64,000 nt of DNA from an uncultured delta proteobacterium (GTDB taxonomy: Bacteria; Myxococcota; Myxococcia; Myxococcales; Myxococcaceae), in NCBI GenBank assembly GCA_963771175.1, contig CAVYSY010000038.1:32001-96000 (forward strand). The letters run 5' to 3'. Below the pieces are notes generated by a model. It saw nothing but the letters and a program-made list of their open reading frames with translations. It ran no database searches and was not told the origin of the DNA. Numbering within the stretch: the first letter of the stretch is position 1; each line of letters begins with the position of its first letter. Positions 50,938-61,878 of the stretch are shown here, piece by piece. The position numbers and the translations under genes are program-made.

Positions 50938-51328
50938 TGTCATCGTCCCTCCGAATCCGGAAGGCATCGGCGAAAGTCCGGATCTTGTCGACCGGCTTGG
51001 AGAAGATGAGGTTGATGACGCTCACCCGGCGCTCCGAATACGCCTTCGCGAGACCGCGCACCGCTTCATCCAGCATCGCGCTCTCCGAGGCATAGCGGTA
51101 CTCCACCGGTTTGCCTTCCTTCCGGGCCATGAGGCCGGAATGCGTCATGTCCTCCAGCCGCTCACCCGCGGAGACAGAGGCTATCCGCAGCTCGCGCGCC
51201 ACCGATTCCGCGTCCCAGGTCCGCTCCGGGTGCTGGTACAGCAGCAGGAGAGTCTCCAACTGCTCCACCGAATCGATGTGCTCGGCGATGAACCGCCGCA
51301 CCTCTTCGGGAAGATTGCTCGGGCGCAA
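50930..51328 (-). CDS. Conserved hypothetical soluble protein, winged-helix-like
   Basis: FIAEHIDSVEQLETLLLL...W.AESVAREL...L..L...GL, Y.ERRVSVI.LIFS, FADAFR; overlaps the next gene. Confidence 0.75.
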   Translation of the reverse strand: MRPSNLPEEVRRFIAEHIDSVEQLETLLLLYQHPERTWDAESVARELRIASVSAGERLEDMTHSGLMARKEGKPVEYRYASESAMLDEAVRGLAKAYSERRVSVINLIFSKPVDKIRTFADAFRIRRDDDNG

Positions 51329-51364
51329 ACCTCATCCCCTTCTTACTGCCTGTCTCGGACCACC

Positions 51365-52957
51365 TCAGGGCCGGGGCGCTTGCTCCGGGGAGGCGGACCG
51401 TACAGGCAACCGGACGTGGAAAGTGCTGCCTTCCTTCTCAATGCCCTGGGACTCGGCCCAGATACGTCCACCATGCTGCTCGATGATGCCCTGGGAGATG
51501 GTCAGCCCCAGGCCGAGACCGCCGTAGCGGGCCCCATGGGCCTGACCGAAGCGCTCGAAGATGGTCGCCAGCTTCTCCGCGGGGATGCCAACGCCGTGGT
51601 CGCGCACCTGCAGCGCCACCTCCCCGTCCTCGAGCCACGCCCGCAGCTCCACCGGTCCACCCTGGGGCGAGTAGCGGATGGCGTTGGACACCAGGTTGGT
51701 CACCACCTGCTCGATGCGCCCCGGATCGCCCCACATGAGCAGCCGCTCGGGAGCCTCCACCTTCAGCCGGTGCTCGGAGGAGAGCGCCTGCAGCCGCTCG
51801 CAGGTGGCGTGCAGCAGCGGCACCAGGTCGAACTCCTCCACCTCCAGCGACAACCGGCCCGTGAGCAGCCGGCTCACGTCCAGCAGGTCCGAGACCAGCT
51901 TCGTCATCCGGTCCACCTGCCGGTCCAACCCCTCGAAGGCCCGGCTCGTCCCGTGAGTCAGCTCGGCGCCGTATTTGCGCCTGGCGAGCTGCACCTGCAT
52001 CTTCGCCGCGGCCAGGGGCGTGCGCAGCTCGTGCGAGGCCGCGGCCAGGAAGGTGTCCTTGGCGGCATTGGCGTGGGCCAGCTCCTGCTCGGCCTGCTTC
52101 TGGTCGTCGATGTCCGTGGCGGTGACAATCCACCCGGTGATGCGCCCGCGCTCGTTGCGCTCCGGGACGGCCCGGCCCAGGTGCCAGCGGTAGCTCAGGT
52201 CACTGCGGCGGCGCAGCCGGAACTGCACCTCGAAGGGCTGGCCGGTGTGCACGGACTGGCACCAGTCCTCGTGCACCGATTGCCGATCCTCCGGGTGCAC
52301 CACCTCCGAGCGCCACAAGTCCACCACCGCCTCGGCGGGCAGGCCGGACAGCTCCGTCCAGGCCCGGTTGCCATAGCGCAGCGTCCCATCCGCGGTGGCG
52401 GCGAACACACACAGGGGCATGGCGTCGCCCAGCAGGCGGTAGCGGTATGCGCTCTCCCGCTCCAGGGCCTCGCGCTCGCGCTGGCGCAGCAGGGCCTCCT
52501 GCCGCTTGAGCTGCTCCTCCTTGATGAAGAGCTCCACGAAGACGGAGACCTTCGAGCGCAGGATTTCCGGCGCGAAGGGCTTGAGGACGTAGTCCACCGC
52601 GCCCTGTGCGTAGCCGCGGAAGACGTGCGAGGCGTCCCGGCTGCGCGCGGTGAGGAAGATGATGGGGATGAAGCGCGAGCGCTCGCGCTCCTTGATGAGC
52701 CGGGCCGTCTCGAAGCCGTCGAGCCCGGGCATCTGGACATCCAACAGGATGAGGGCGAAGTCCTCGCGCAGCAGGTGCAGGAGGGCCTCTTCGCCGGAGT
52801 GGGCCTTCACCACCTCACCCAGGTCGCCGAGGGTGGCTTCCAGGGTGAGGAGGTTGGGAGCGTGGTCGTCGACCACCAGGATGCGTGCCCGCGGCAGCTC
52901 CGACAAGACCTGGAAGCCGCCCCCCTTCCCACCCTCCGACCACGTCATCACGGTCAT
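51365..52957 (-). CDS. Hybrid histidine kinase REC-PAS-HisKA-HATPase
   Basis: ILVVDD...LLDVQMP; PAS VHPEDR...[34 protein letters not shown]. No TM helix. ATGA overlap with the upstream kinase. Confidence 0.93.
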   Translation of the reverse strand: MTVMTWSEGGKGGGFQVLSELPRARILVVDDHAPNLLTLEATLGDLGEVVKAHSGEEALLHLLREDFALILLDVQMPGLDGFETARLIKERERSRFIPIIFLTARSRDASHVFRGYAQGAVDYVLKPFAPEILRSKVSVFVELFIKEEQLKRQEALLRQREREALERESAYRYRLLGDAMPLCVFAATADGTLRYGNRAWTELSGLPAEAVVDLWRSEVVHPEDRQSVHEDWCQSVHTGQPFEVQFRLRRRSDLSYRWHLGRAVPERNERGRITGWIVTATDIDDQKQAEQELAHANAAKDTFLAAASHELRTPLAAAKMQVQLARRKYGAELTHGTSRAFEGLDRQVDRMTKLVSDLLDVSRLLTGRLSLEVEEFDLVPLLHATCERLQALSSEHRLKVEAPERLLMWGDPGRIEQVVTNLVSNAIRYSPQGGPVELRAWLEDGEVALQVRDHGVGIPAEKLATIFERFGQAHGARYGGLGLGLTISQGIIEQHGGRIWAESQGIEKEGSTFHVRLPVRSASPEQAPRP

Positions 52958-55900
52958 TTCGCTCCCGCGCAAGGCTCTACCCATCGGCGAATCAACTCCA
53001 GCAATCGCTCGGTATCGACCGGCTTGGAGAGGTAATCGGACGCTCCCGCTTCCAGGCACTTCTCTCGGTCATCCTTGAGAGCCCGGGCGGTGATGGCGAT
53101 GACGGGCAGGGACGCCCACCGGGAGTCAGCACGGATGGCCCTCATCGCCTGGTAGCCATCCATCTCCGGCATCATGACGTCCAACAGAACCACATCCAGC
53201 TCCGGATTCTTCACCATCAAATCCATGGCGGCCCGCCCGTCCTGGGCGAAGGTCACCTGCATGCCGTGGCTCTCCAGCACGCTGGTGAGCGCGAAGATGT
53301 TGCGCGCATCGTCGTCCACCAGCAGCACCTTGCGGCCGGTGAGCGAGCGGGTGAGCTCCTTCGACTCCTCGTTCGCCACGCGCGACTGGTCCCCGACGCG
53401 GCGCAAGAAGCGGCCCACCTCGGCCACCACCGCCTCGGGCGAGCGGGCGACAGCCTCGAGCAGCACGGACTCGGCCGAGCGCCGCAGCCGCCGCTCGTCA
53501 TCCGGCAGGAGCTGCGAGCCGCTATAGAGGAGGACGGGGGGCAGCCGGGCGGGCCGGCGTACCAGCCCTACCAGGAGCTTCATCCCCCGCCCACCGGGCG
53601 AGGCGAGGTCCAAGGCCAGCACGTCCACCTCCCCGTGGTCCAGCGCCTCCATGGTGGAGGTCGACTCCAGCTCCCGCAGCTCCAGGGGCTCGCCCATGTC
53701 GATGAGCTGCTCCACGCTCTCGCGCAGCTCGGGCGTGGGGTCCACCAGCAGCAGCCGGAGGGGCGCGCCGTCGGGCTTGAGGTCCAGGTGGCTGAAGGCG
53801 CCCTGGATGGCCTCGGGAGAGAAGGGCCGGTCCAGGAAGGCGAAGCCGCCGCCGCACGAGGCGCCACGCAGACGGTCCACGCTCACCACCTGGACGGGGA
53901 TGCGGCGGGTGCGCGGGTCTCGCTTGAGTCGGTCGAGCACGGACCAGCCGTCGATGACGGGCAGGCCGAGCTGCAGGACGATGGCGTACGGCTTGAGCCG
54001 CTGGGCGAGCGAGAGCGCCACATCGCCGCGCGTGGCCACCAGCGCCTTCAGGCCGTTCTGGTGCGCGGTGGCCACCAGACCGCGGGCGAACTCCACGTCG
54101 TCCACCGCCACGAGCAGCACGCGATCATCCGCGCGCAGGTCGTCCCGGTCATCCACCAGGGGACTGAGGGTCACCGTGCCCGGCACGTCGGTGTCGGGCG
54201 GCAGCAGCTCGCGCAGCATGGGGGTGTAGTCCACGTCCATCTCGCTGGCCGGCTCGCCCCCGCGCTCGGGGCCGCTGTAGCTGCGCGGCAGGTACAGGGT
54301 GAAGATGCTGCCCGCCCCGCGCGCGCTCTTCACGCGGATTTCGCCGCCCAGCAGTCGGGCCAACTCACGGCTGATGGAGAGGCCCAGGCCCGTGCCACCA
54401 TACTTGCGGCTGGTGGTGCCGTCGGCCTGCTGGAAGGCCTCGAAGATGAGCTTCTGCTTGTCCTCGGGGATGCCGATGCCCGTGTCGATGATGGAGAAGG
54501 CCAGCACCTGGTCGGCCTCCACCAGCTCCGGGGCGGCGAAGCGCTCCTCGGTGTCCGCCATGCGGATGCGCAGCGTCACCTGGCCGGCGCTGGTGAACTT
54601 GAAGGCGTTGGAGAGCAGGTTCTTCAGGATCTGCTGCAGCCGCTTCGGATCGGTGAAGACGGTGACCGGCACCTCCGGGCCCACCTCGGTGAGGAAGCCC
54701 AGGTTCTTCTGCTCGGCCACCGGGCCGAACGTGCGCCGGGCGAAGTCCACCAGCTCGGCCAGCGCCGAGTCGCGCGGCTCCACCTGCATCTTCCCGGCCT
54801 CCACCTTGGACAGGTCGAGGATTTCATTGATGAGGGACAGCAGGTCCCCACCCGAGGAGTAGATGGTCTCCGCGTACTCCACCTGCTTGCGGCTGAGGCT
54901 GGCGTCGGAGTTGTCCGCGAGCAGCTTGGCCAGCACCAGCATGCTGTTGAGCGGCGTGCGCAGCTCGTGGGACATGTTGGCGAGGAACTCGCTCTTGTAC
55001 TTGGAGATGATCGAGAGCTGCTCGGCCTTCTCCTCCAGGGAGGCGCGCGCCTGCTCCACCTCGTGGTTGTTCTTCTCCACCTTGATGTTCTGCTGCTCGA
55101 GCAGCTTGGCCTTCTCCTCCAGCTCGAGGGCCTGGGCCTCCAGCGCCGAGTTGGAGCGCTTGAGCTCCTCCTGCTGCTGGGTGAGCTCACGCGACTGGCT
55201 CTGCAGCTCGTTGGCGAGGCTCTGCGACTGCCGCAGCAGCTCCTCGGTGCGCATGTTGGCCATGATCATGTTCAGCACCACGCCGATGCTCTCGGTGAGC
55301 TGGTCCAGGAAGATTTGATGGATGGCGCTGAACGGGTGGAAGGAGGCCAGCTCGATGACGGCCTTGACCTCGCCCTCGAAGAGGACGGGCAGGACGATGA
55401 GGTTGAGGGGGCTGGCCTCGCCCAGGCCGGAGGTGATGCGGATGTAGTCCGCCGGCACGTGGGTGAGGAGGATGGTCTTCTTCTCCAGGGCGCACTGGCC
55501 CACCACGCCCTCGCCGAGGCGGAAGCGGTTGCCCACGTTCTTGCGCTCCCGGTAGGCGTAGCTGGAGGTGAGCTTGGCCACGGGCGCGCCGTCCTCGGTG
55601 TCCATGAGGAAGAAGGCGCCGTGGTGCGCGGACACCAGGGGCGTCAGCTCGGACATGATGAGCCGGGAGACGGCCTCCAGGTTCTTCTGGCCCTGCATCA
55701 TGCCGGAGAACTTCGCGAGGTTCGTCTTCAGCCAGTCCTGCTCGGTGTTCTTCTGGGTCGTCTCCTTGAGGTTGACGATCATCTGGTTGATGTTGTCCTT
55801 CAGGGCGGCCAACTCGCCGCCGCGCATCCACCGCGATGAACCGGGTCAGGTCACCCTTCGTCACGGCGGTGGCCACATCGGAGATGGCGCGAACCTGGGA

Positions 55901-58236
55901 CGTCAGGTTGCCGGCGAGCTGATTCACGTTGTCGGTGAGCTGCCTCCAGGCCCCGCGCGCACCGGGCACCTTGGCCTGGCCACCCAGCTTGCCCTCGATG
56001 CCCACCTCGCGGGCCACCGTGGACACCTGCTGGGCGAAGGTGCCCAGCGTGTCCGTCATGCTGTTGATGGTGTCCGCCAGCGCGGCCACCTCGCCCTTCG
56101 CGTCCACGACGAGCTTCTGGGTGAGGTCGCCGTTGGCGACCGCGGTCACCACCTTGACGATGCCTCGCACCTGGGTCGTCAGGTTGCGGGCCATCAGGTT
56201 CACGTTGTCGGTGAGGTCCTTCCACGTACCGGCGACACCGGGCACACGCGCCTGGCCGCCCAGCTTGCCCTCGGTCCCCACCTCGCGAGCCACGCGGGTC
56301 ACTTCCGAGGCGAACGCGTTGAGCTGATCCACCATCGTGTTGATGGTGTCCTTCAGCTCCAGGATTTCACCCTTCGCGTCGACGGTGATCTTCTTGGACA
56401 GGTCGCCATTGGCGACCGCCGTCGTCACCTTGGCGATGTTTCGCACCTGGTTGGTCAGGTTGGAGGCCATCGAGTTCACGCTGTCGGTCAGGTCCTTCCA
56501 GACGCCGGACACGCCCTGCACCTCGGCCTGACCGCCCAGCTTTCCTTCCGTCCCCACCTCGCGAGCGACGCGGGTCACTTCCGCGGCGAACGAGCGGAGC
56601 TGGTCCACCATCGTGTTGATGGTGTTCTTCAGCTCGAGGATCTCCCCCTTCACGTCGACGGTGATCTTCTTGGACAGGTCTCCATTGGCCACCGCCGTCG
56701 TCACCAGCGCGATGTTTCGCACCTGCGCGGTGAGGTTGGAGGCCATGAAGTTCACGTTGTCCGTGAGGTCCTTCCACGTACCGGAGACGCCGGGCACGTC
56801 GGCCTGACCGCCCAGCTTCCCTTCCGTCCCCACTTCCTTGGCGACGCGGGTCACCTCACCGGCGAACGAGCGGAGCTGCTCCACCATCGTGTTGATGGTG
56901 TTCTTCAGCTCGAGCACCTCGCCCCGGGCGTCCACCGTGATCTTCTTGGACAGGTCACCGCGAGCGACGGCGGTGCTGACCTCGGCGATGTTTCGCACCT
57001 GGGCGGTCAGGTTGTTGGCGAGCAGGTTCACGTTGTCCGTGAGGTCCTTCCACGTCCCGCCACACCCGGCACATCCGCCTGGGCGCCCAGCTTGCCCTCG
57101 ACGCCCACCGTCTTGGCGACGCTGGTCACCTGGTCGGCGAAGATGCCCAGGGTCTTGGTCATGCTGTTGAGCGTGTCGGCCAGTGCGGCCACCTCGCCCT
57201 TGGCATCGACCACGAGGCGCTGGGACAGGTCACCGTTGGCGACCGCGGTCACCACCTTGACGATGCCTCGCACCTGGGTGGTGAGGTTGGAGGCCATCAG
57301 GTTCACGTTGTCCGTGAGGTCCTTCCACACGCCGGAGACGCCCGGCACGTCGGCCTGGCCGCCCAGCTTGCCCTCGGTCCCCACTTCCTTCGCGACGCGC
57401 GTCACTTCGCCCGCGAACGAGCGGAGCTGGTCCACCATCGTGTTGACGGTGTTCTTCAGCTCGAGCACCTCGCCTCGCGCGTCCACCGTAATCTTGCGCG
57501 ACAGGTCACCGCGCGCCACCGAGGTCGTCACCTCGGCGATGTTTCGCACCTGCGCGGTCAGGTTGTTGGCGAGCTGGTTCACGCTGTCGGTGAGGTCCTT
57601 CCACGTACCGGCGACACCGGGCACGCGGGCCTGACCGCCCAGCTTTCCTTCCGTACCGACCTCGCGCGCGACGCGCGTCACCTCGGCGGCGAACGAGCTG
57701 AGCTGATCCACCATCGCGTTCACGGTGGTACCGATGCGAAGGAACTCGCCCTTCACCGGCTGCCCGGGCAGGTCCAGCGCCATCTTCTGGGTCAGGTCAC
57801 CTCGCGCCACCGCGCCCAGCACGCGCGCCACCTCGGTGGTGGGCTGCACCAGGTCGGCGATGAGCGAGTTGATGGAGCCAAGGCTGGAGGCCCAGCCACC
57901 GCTCACCGGCCCGAGCGAGGCGCGCTCGGCCATCTGGCCCTCGCGGCCCACCACGCGCTCGACACGGACGAGCTCGTCCTGCATCCGCTGGTTCATCGCC
58001 ACCATGCCGTTGAAGGCGTGGGCAATCTCCGCCATGGCCGCGGGCTGCTCCTCCGGCGCCAGACGCACGGAGAAGTCGCCATAGGTGACGGCACGCAAGG
58101 ACTCCAGCAGCGTCTCGAGCGCTGCATTGCTCGCCGAGCGCCGAGGGGAATGGCCACCGCGGCGCGCGAGCGCGGTCGGCTTGCGCAGCTTCTTTCCGGT
58201 CTGGATACGGGTGGGATGCTTGGTGCGACGGTTCAC
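52954..58236 (-). CDS. Poly-HAMP hybrid histidine kinase (9 HAMP units-GAF-HisKA-HATPase-receivers); frameshifts near 57057 and 55826
   Basis: Nine (AV..GD[LF]) units, seven linked by GKLG[GA][31 protein letters not shown]; two degenerate and one canonical receiver. Start uncertain (GTG 58236). Confidence 0.92.
55780..57850 (-). repeat. Intragenic ~276-bp tandem HAMP repeat array
   Basis: Recurring CCCAGCTT[GTC]CC and GTGAGGTCCTTCCA at roughly 276-bp intervals. Confidence 0.9.
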
Positions 58237-58480
58237 GTCCTGCTCCAGTGCGGAGGGGTTGGCGTTTGTCCCAACCCAAGGACGCTCTCCGTTCGTTCCT
58301 GCATCGACCATGCCCCGCACGAGGGCAGACGCCCGGTCGAGCGCACACGCGGCCCGGAATTCCCCGCCCCGACGTTGGGCATCCGTGAAGAGTGCTTCCA
58401 CGTCCAGCGGCCCGGCGAGCCAGCCCCCCTCCTCGCGGGCTCTCCGCGGCCTTCACGGGAGCGCGCATCCCCACGCACGG

Positions 58481-58530
58481 CGCCGATGGCACCGGTTTGC
58501 TCCTCGCCCGGTGCCATCGGCGTCTTTTTT
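58481..58530 (+). terminator. Strong hairpin with plus-strand U tract
   Basis: CGCCGATGGCACCGG / CCGGTGCCATCGGCG 15-bp stem with 12-nt loop, followed by TCTTTTTT. Confidence 0.7.
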
Positions 58531-58540
58531 CACCGGACGC

Positions 58541-58825
58541 TCACCCGTTGGTGCCGATGATGCCGAAGCAGTCGTCGATGCAGCTCCTGAACGCCTCGGA
58601 GCACACGCGCTCCGAGACGCACTCGGCGCACTCATTCGCCCTGTCCGCATAGTCATTGTCGTCGTCGGCCTTGCCGCTGCACGAGTCCGTGCAGGCGTCC
58701 ACGTTCAGGCCCGCGGACAGGCACTCCTGCTCCTTCTCACAGACGACGCGGCAGTCGCTCTTGCAGCCGCTCAGCACCATCGCGAGTCCCAGGGTCGCCA
58801 CCAGCGTCACGATTCGATTCTTCAT
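58541..58825 (-). CDS. Small Cys-rich lipoprotein
   Basis: Lipobox LSGC; CxxxC repeats; AAGGAGGAG RBS. Confidence 0.85.
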   Translation of the reverse strand: MKNRIVTLVATLGLAMVLSGCKSDCRVVCEKEQECLSAGLNVDACTDSCSGKADDDNDYADRANECAECVSERVCSEAFRSCIDDCFGIIGTNG

Positions 58826-59212
58826 GTGCTCCTCCTTCTTGGCGCGGCGCATCTTGCATGCGGACGCGCGCCCGGCGAATGAAGAACGTGGGCGCGACGC
58901 CCCCGTTGGCCTCAGCCCGACGCCGGAGGCTCCTGGCGCAGCACGGACAGCAGAAAAATGCATACCCGGGCCAGCGGCTCCACCAGGGCCCGGTGCTCCT
59001 CCTTCCCCGAGCCCAGGATGCCGATGACTTCACGTCGGGTGCTCATGGCTTCGCTCCGGGCGAGAACGAGGAGGGAAAGGCCCCCACCCTACCCTTGTCC
59101 CTGAGCAGGAGAGGGCTCGCGACCTCGTCCCCTTCGCGAGCGTCTGGAAGCTGGCCTCAACGCGCCGCGGCGTACACAATCGCACGTCCTTTTCGCCTCT
59201 CCCTGGAAAGCC

Positions 59213-60610
59213 ATGACGACCTCCGCACCGCTGCCTCCCATGCCCCCGGGCCACTGGCTGTGGGGCCACCAGCTCCAGCGTCAGACGGATCCGCTCGGCC
59301 TCTACCTGCGAGCCCGCCAGCAGTTCGGGGACGTGGTGCGCTACCGCATGGCCTACGTCTTCGTGGAGCAGCTCACCCACCCGGACCACGTCAAGCACGT
59401 GCTCGCCGACGCGAGCGCCCGCTACACGAAGGGCTCCGTCTTCGACAAGACGCGCCCGCTGGTGGGCAACGGCCTGCTCACCGCCGAGGGTGACTTCTGG
59501 AAGCGCCAGCGTCGGCTCTCCCAGCCCGCATTCCACCGGGAGCGCCTGGCCGCGCTCGCCACCATGATGACGGACAGCGTCTCCGAGCTGCTCCAGACCT
59601 GGGCGCCCGCGGTGGACGCGAGCCGGCCCGTGCCGGTGTTCCAGGAGATGATGAAGCTCACCCTCACCGTGGCGGTGCGCGCCCTCTTCAGCGCGGACGT
59701 GCGGGAGCAGACGAACGCCCTGGGCGAGGCCTTCACCACCGCGCTCGAGGTCACCAACGAGCGCATCGTCTCGCCCCTCCCCTACCAGCCCTGGCTCTAC
59801 CGGCTGCCCACGAAGAAGAACCGCGCCTTCCAGCAGGCGGCGGCCACGGTGGAGCGCATCGTGGGCGGCATCATCTCCTCGCGCCGCGCGGCGGGGGCCG
59901 CGAAGGCGAGCGATCTGCTCGGCATGCTGATGGAGGCGTGCGACGCGGACACCGGCGACGCCTTCGATGACGCGCAGCTCCGCGACGAGGTGATGACGCT
60001 GCTGCTGGCCGGCCACGAGACGACGGCGACCTCTCTCGCGTGGACCTTCCATCTGCTGGAGAAGCACCCCGAGGTGGAGGCCACCCTGCACGCGGAGGTG
60101 GACGCGGTGCTCGGCGGGCGCGTGCCCACGGTGGAGGACCTGCCGAAGCTGCGCTACGTGACGTGCGTCTTCGAGGAGGCGATGCGCCTCTACCCGCCCA
60201 TCTGGGCCATTCCCCGGGTGCCCACCGAGGACGACGAGGTGGGCGGCTTCCGGATTCCCAAGGGGGACATCGTCATCCTCGTCCCCTACGTCACCCACCG
60301 CCACCCGGACTTCTGGCCCGAGCCCGAGCGATTCGAGCCCACGCGCTTCCTGCCAGAGAACAGCAAGGATCGGCCGCGCTGGGCCTACCTGCCCTTCGGT
60401 GGGGGGCAGCGCCAGTGCATCGGCAACAACTTCGCGATGATGGAGGCGCAGCTCATCCTCGCCATGGTGGCCCAGCGTTTCACCCTGCGCGGGGTGCCCG
60501 GCGTGCCGGTGGAGCCCGAGCCTCTCGTCACCCTCCGCCCCCGAGGCTCCATGCCCATGGGGGTGGTGCGCCGCGAGGACGCGCCCCAGGTGCAATCGCG
60601 GACGGGGTGA
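59213..60610 (+). CDS. Cytochrome P450
   Basis: AGHETT, EAMRLYPP, PERF, PFGGGQRQCIG heme motif. Confidence 0.97.
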   Translation: MTTSAPLPPMPPGHWLWGHQLQRQTDPLGLYLRARQQFGDVVRYRMAYVFVEQLTHPDHVKHVLADASARYTKGSVFDKTRPLVGNGLLTAEGDFWKRQRRLSQPAFHRERLAALATMMTDSVSELLQTWAPAVDASRPVPVFQEMMKLTLTVAVRALFSADVREQTNALGEAFTTALEVTNERIVSPLPYQPWLYRLPTKKNRAFQQAAATVERIVGGIISSRRAAGAAKASDLLGMLMEACDADTGDAFDDAQLRDEVMTLLLAGHETTATSLAWTFHLLEKHPEVEATLHAEVDAVLGGRVPTVEDLPKLRYVTCVFEEAMRLYPPIWAIPRVPTEDDEVGGFRIPKGDIVILVPYVTHRHPDFWPEPERFEPTRFLPENSKDRPRWAYLPFGGGQRQCIGNNFAMMEAQLILAMVAQRFTLRGVPGVPVEPEPLVTLRPRGSMPMGVVRREDAPQVQSRTG

Positions 60611-60638
60611 GCCACGCGGGGGCCTGCCTCGGGGTCCC

Positions 60639-61619
60639 TCAGAAGAGGGGGGAGCCGCAGTCGAGCAGGCAGCTATCGGCGGTGACGCCCCAGCCGGGGC
60701 TCTCGCCCAGCTGGCAGACGCCGTCGCCGCAGTGGTGGATGTCCTGCGGGAGGAGGCGGGTGGTGAGCGGCTTGTACTGCACGCCGTTGTAGGTGCAGCT
60801 CGTGTAGAAGGTGCCGCTGGCGTCCAGCGTGCAGTAGTCCTCGCACTGGCCGATGCGCCTCACCTGCGAGCACGCCTCGTTGGAGAGCGCCCCGTAGCCT
60901 GTCAGGCCGCACGGGCGCGAGGTGCTCTCGTCGGCGGCCAGGGAGTTGCGGTCATTGCCGGCGAAGAGCCCCTCGTCGGTGAAGACGTTGCCAAAGAAGC
61001 AGGACTCCTTCTTGGCGAAGGTCGCCAGCTCGTCGGAGGAGTAGGGGATGGTCACCTCGTTCGAGTTGCGGCCCAGCACGGAGATGGAGACGTGCAGCCC
61101 GTAGTTGTTGGCGTGGGCCGCCAGGCACGAGGAGAGGGTCTGCTGCTCCACCAGGGTGGCCGGGGCCCCGCTCGCCCAGTTCGGCGCCAGGCCCAGCGCG
61201 CCCGACCAGGAGTAGACGACGCCCGTGTTCGGGTTGGTGAAGCCGCGCGTCTCGCCCTGGGGCACCGCGCAGCGCACCACGTAGCGCATGAGCTGGTCAT
61301 TCGCCTCGGGGTTGCTGTTGAACCAGGTGGAGAAGTCCGTGGTGGACAGGCCATTGAGCGACAGGCCGTTGAGCGACAGCCCGTTGAGCGACAGGCCGTT
61401 GAGCGACAGCCCGTTGAGCGACAGGCCATTGTCCATCTGGAGGTCCTGCCCCTGCGTCTGGAGCGCCGCCGCCTCGTCCTCGGTGGGCAGTTCCTGCACG
61501 CCGCAGCCGGTGGTGCCCACCAGCGCGAGCGCCGAGGAGACAATCCATGCCATTCCCTTCCGACCCGCCCCACGCCCAGCCATCCCGCTCCGCAGACCTT
61601 CGAACGACGTGAAACCCAT
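60639..61619 (-). CDS. Cys-rich lipoprotein with NGLSL pentapeptide repeats
   Basis: Lipobox TTGC; (NGLSL)5 NGLST; YVVRCA, GALGLAP.W, SCLAAH.N, ESCFFGN. Confidence 0.82.
   Translation of the reverse strand: MGFTSFEGLRSGMAGRGAGRKGMAWIVSSALALVGTTGCGVQELPTEDEAAALQTQGQDLQMDNGLSLNGLSLNGLSLNGLSLNGLSLNGLSTTDFSTWFNSNPEANDQLMRYVVRCAVPQGETRGFTNPNTGVVYSWSGALGLAPNWASGAPATLVEQQTLSSCLAAHANNYGLHVSISVLGRNSNEVTIPYSSDELATFAKKESCFFGNVFTDEGLFAGNDRNSLAADESTSRPCGLTGYGALSNEACSQVRRIGQCEDYCTLDASGTFYTSCTYNGVQYKPLTTRLLPQDIHHCGDGVCQLGESPGWGVTADSCLLDCGSPLF
61344..61430 (-). repeat. 15-bp tandem repeat (AAYGGSCTGTCGCTC), 5 full copies plus one partial
   Basis: Visible as GAGCGACAG[GC]CC[GA]TT repeats on the plus strand. 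Confidence 0.95.
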
Positions 61620-61878
61620 GGCTCACCTCCGGCTCGTGGTCCCTCGCTCGGTTGGGGCCACAAGCCGAGGGTGAGTACCCAGGGCGTTCCCGGCATCTGC
61701 GGGAACTCGGGTAAAGCCATGGAGGTCTGCGACTCGACAACCTGCCCGTACAACGCGCGACTTTGTGCCCGGCTGAGCGTGAGGCACTCGACGCATGAGG
61801 GGTCGCCCCCACCCTCCCGACGGGTACCCGAGGGAAAATCTTTTCCCGCGCTGGGAAAAGTGACCGCCCGCGAGGGCC

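Noticed and set aside
50395..50967. Single fused 190-aa double-DUF5985 protein in the ORF track
   Set aside because: Removing one base restores a stop (...VWDSE*) with an ATGA overlap to a second gene, so the fusion is probably an indel artefact.
48365..55839. Very long plus-strand ORFs (1556 aa and 984 aa) and similar antisense ORFs elsewhere
   Set aside because: Shadow ORFs on the opposite strand of real high-GC genes; no recognisable motifs.
58487..58501. Sigma-54-like TGGCACCGGTTTGC
   Set aside because: Spacing is GG-N9-GC, it points away from the adjacent gene and it is part of a terminator stem.
61344..61430. Short tandem repeats as a CRISPR array
   Set aside because: No spacers, the repeats are in-frame coding sequence, and there are no cas genes in the window.
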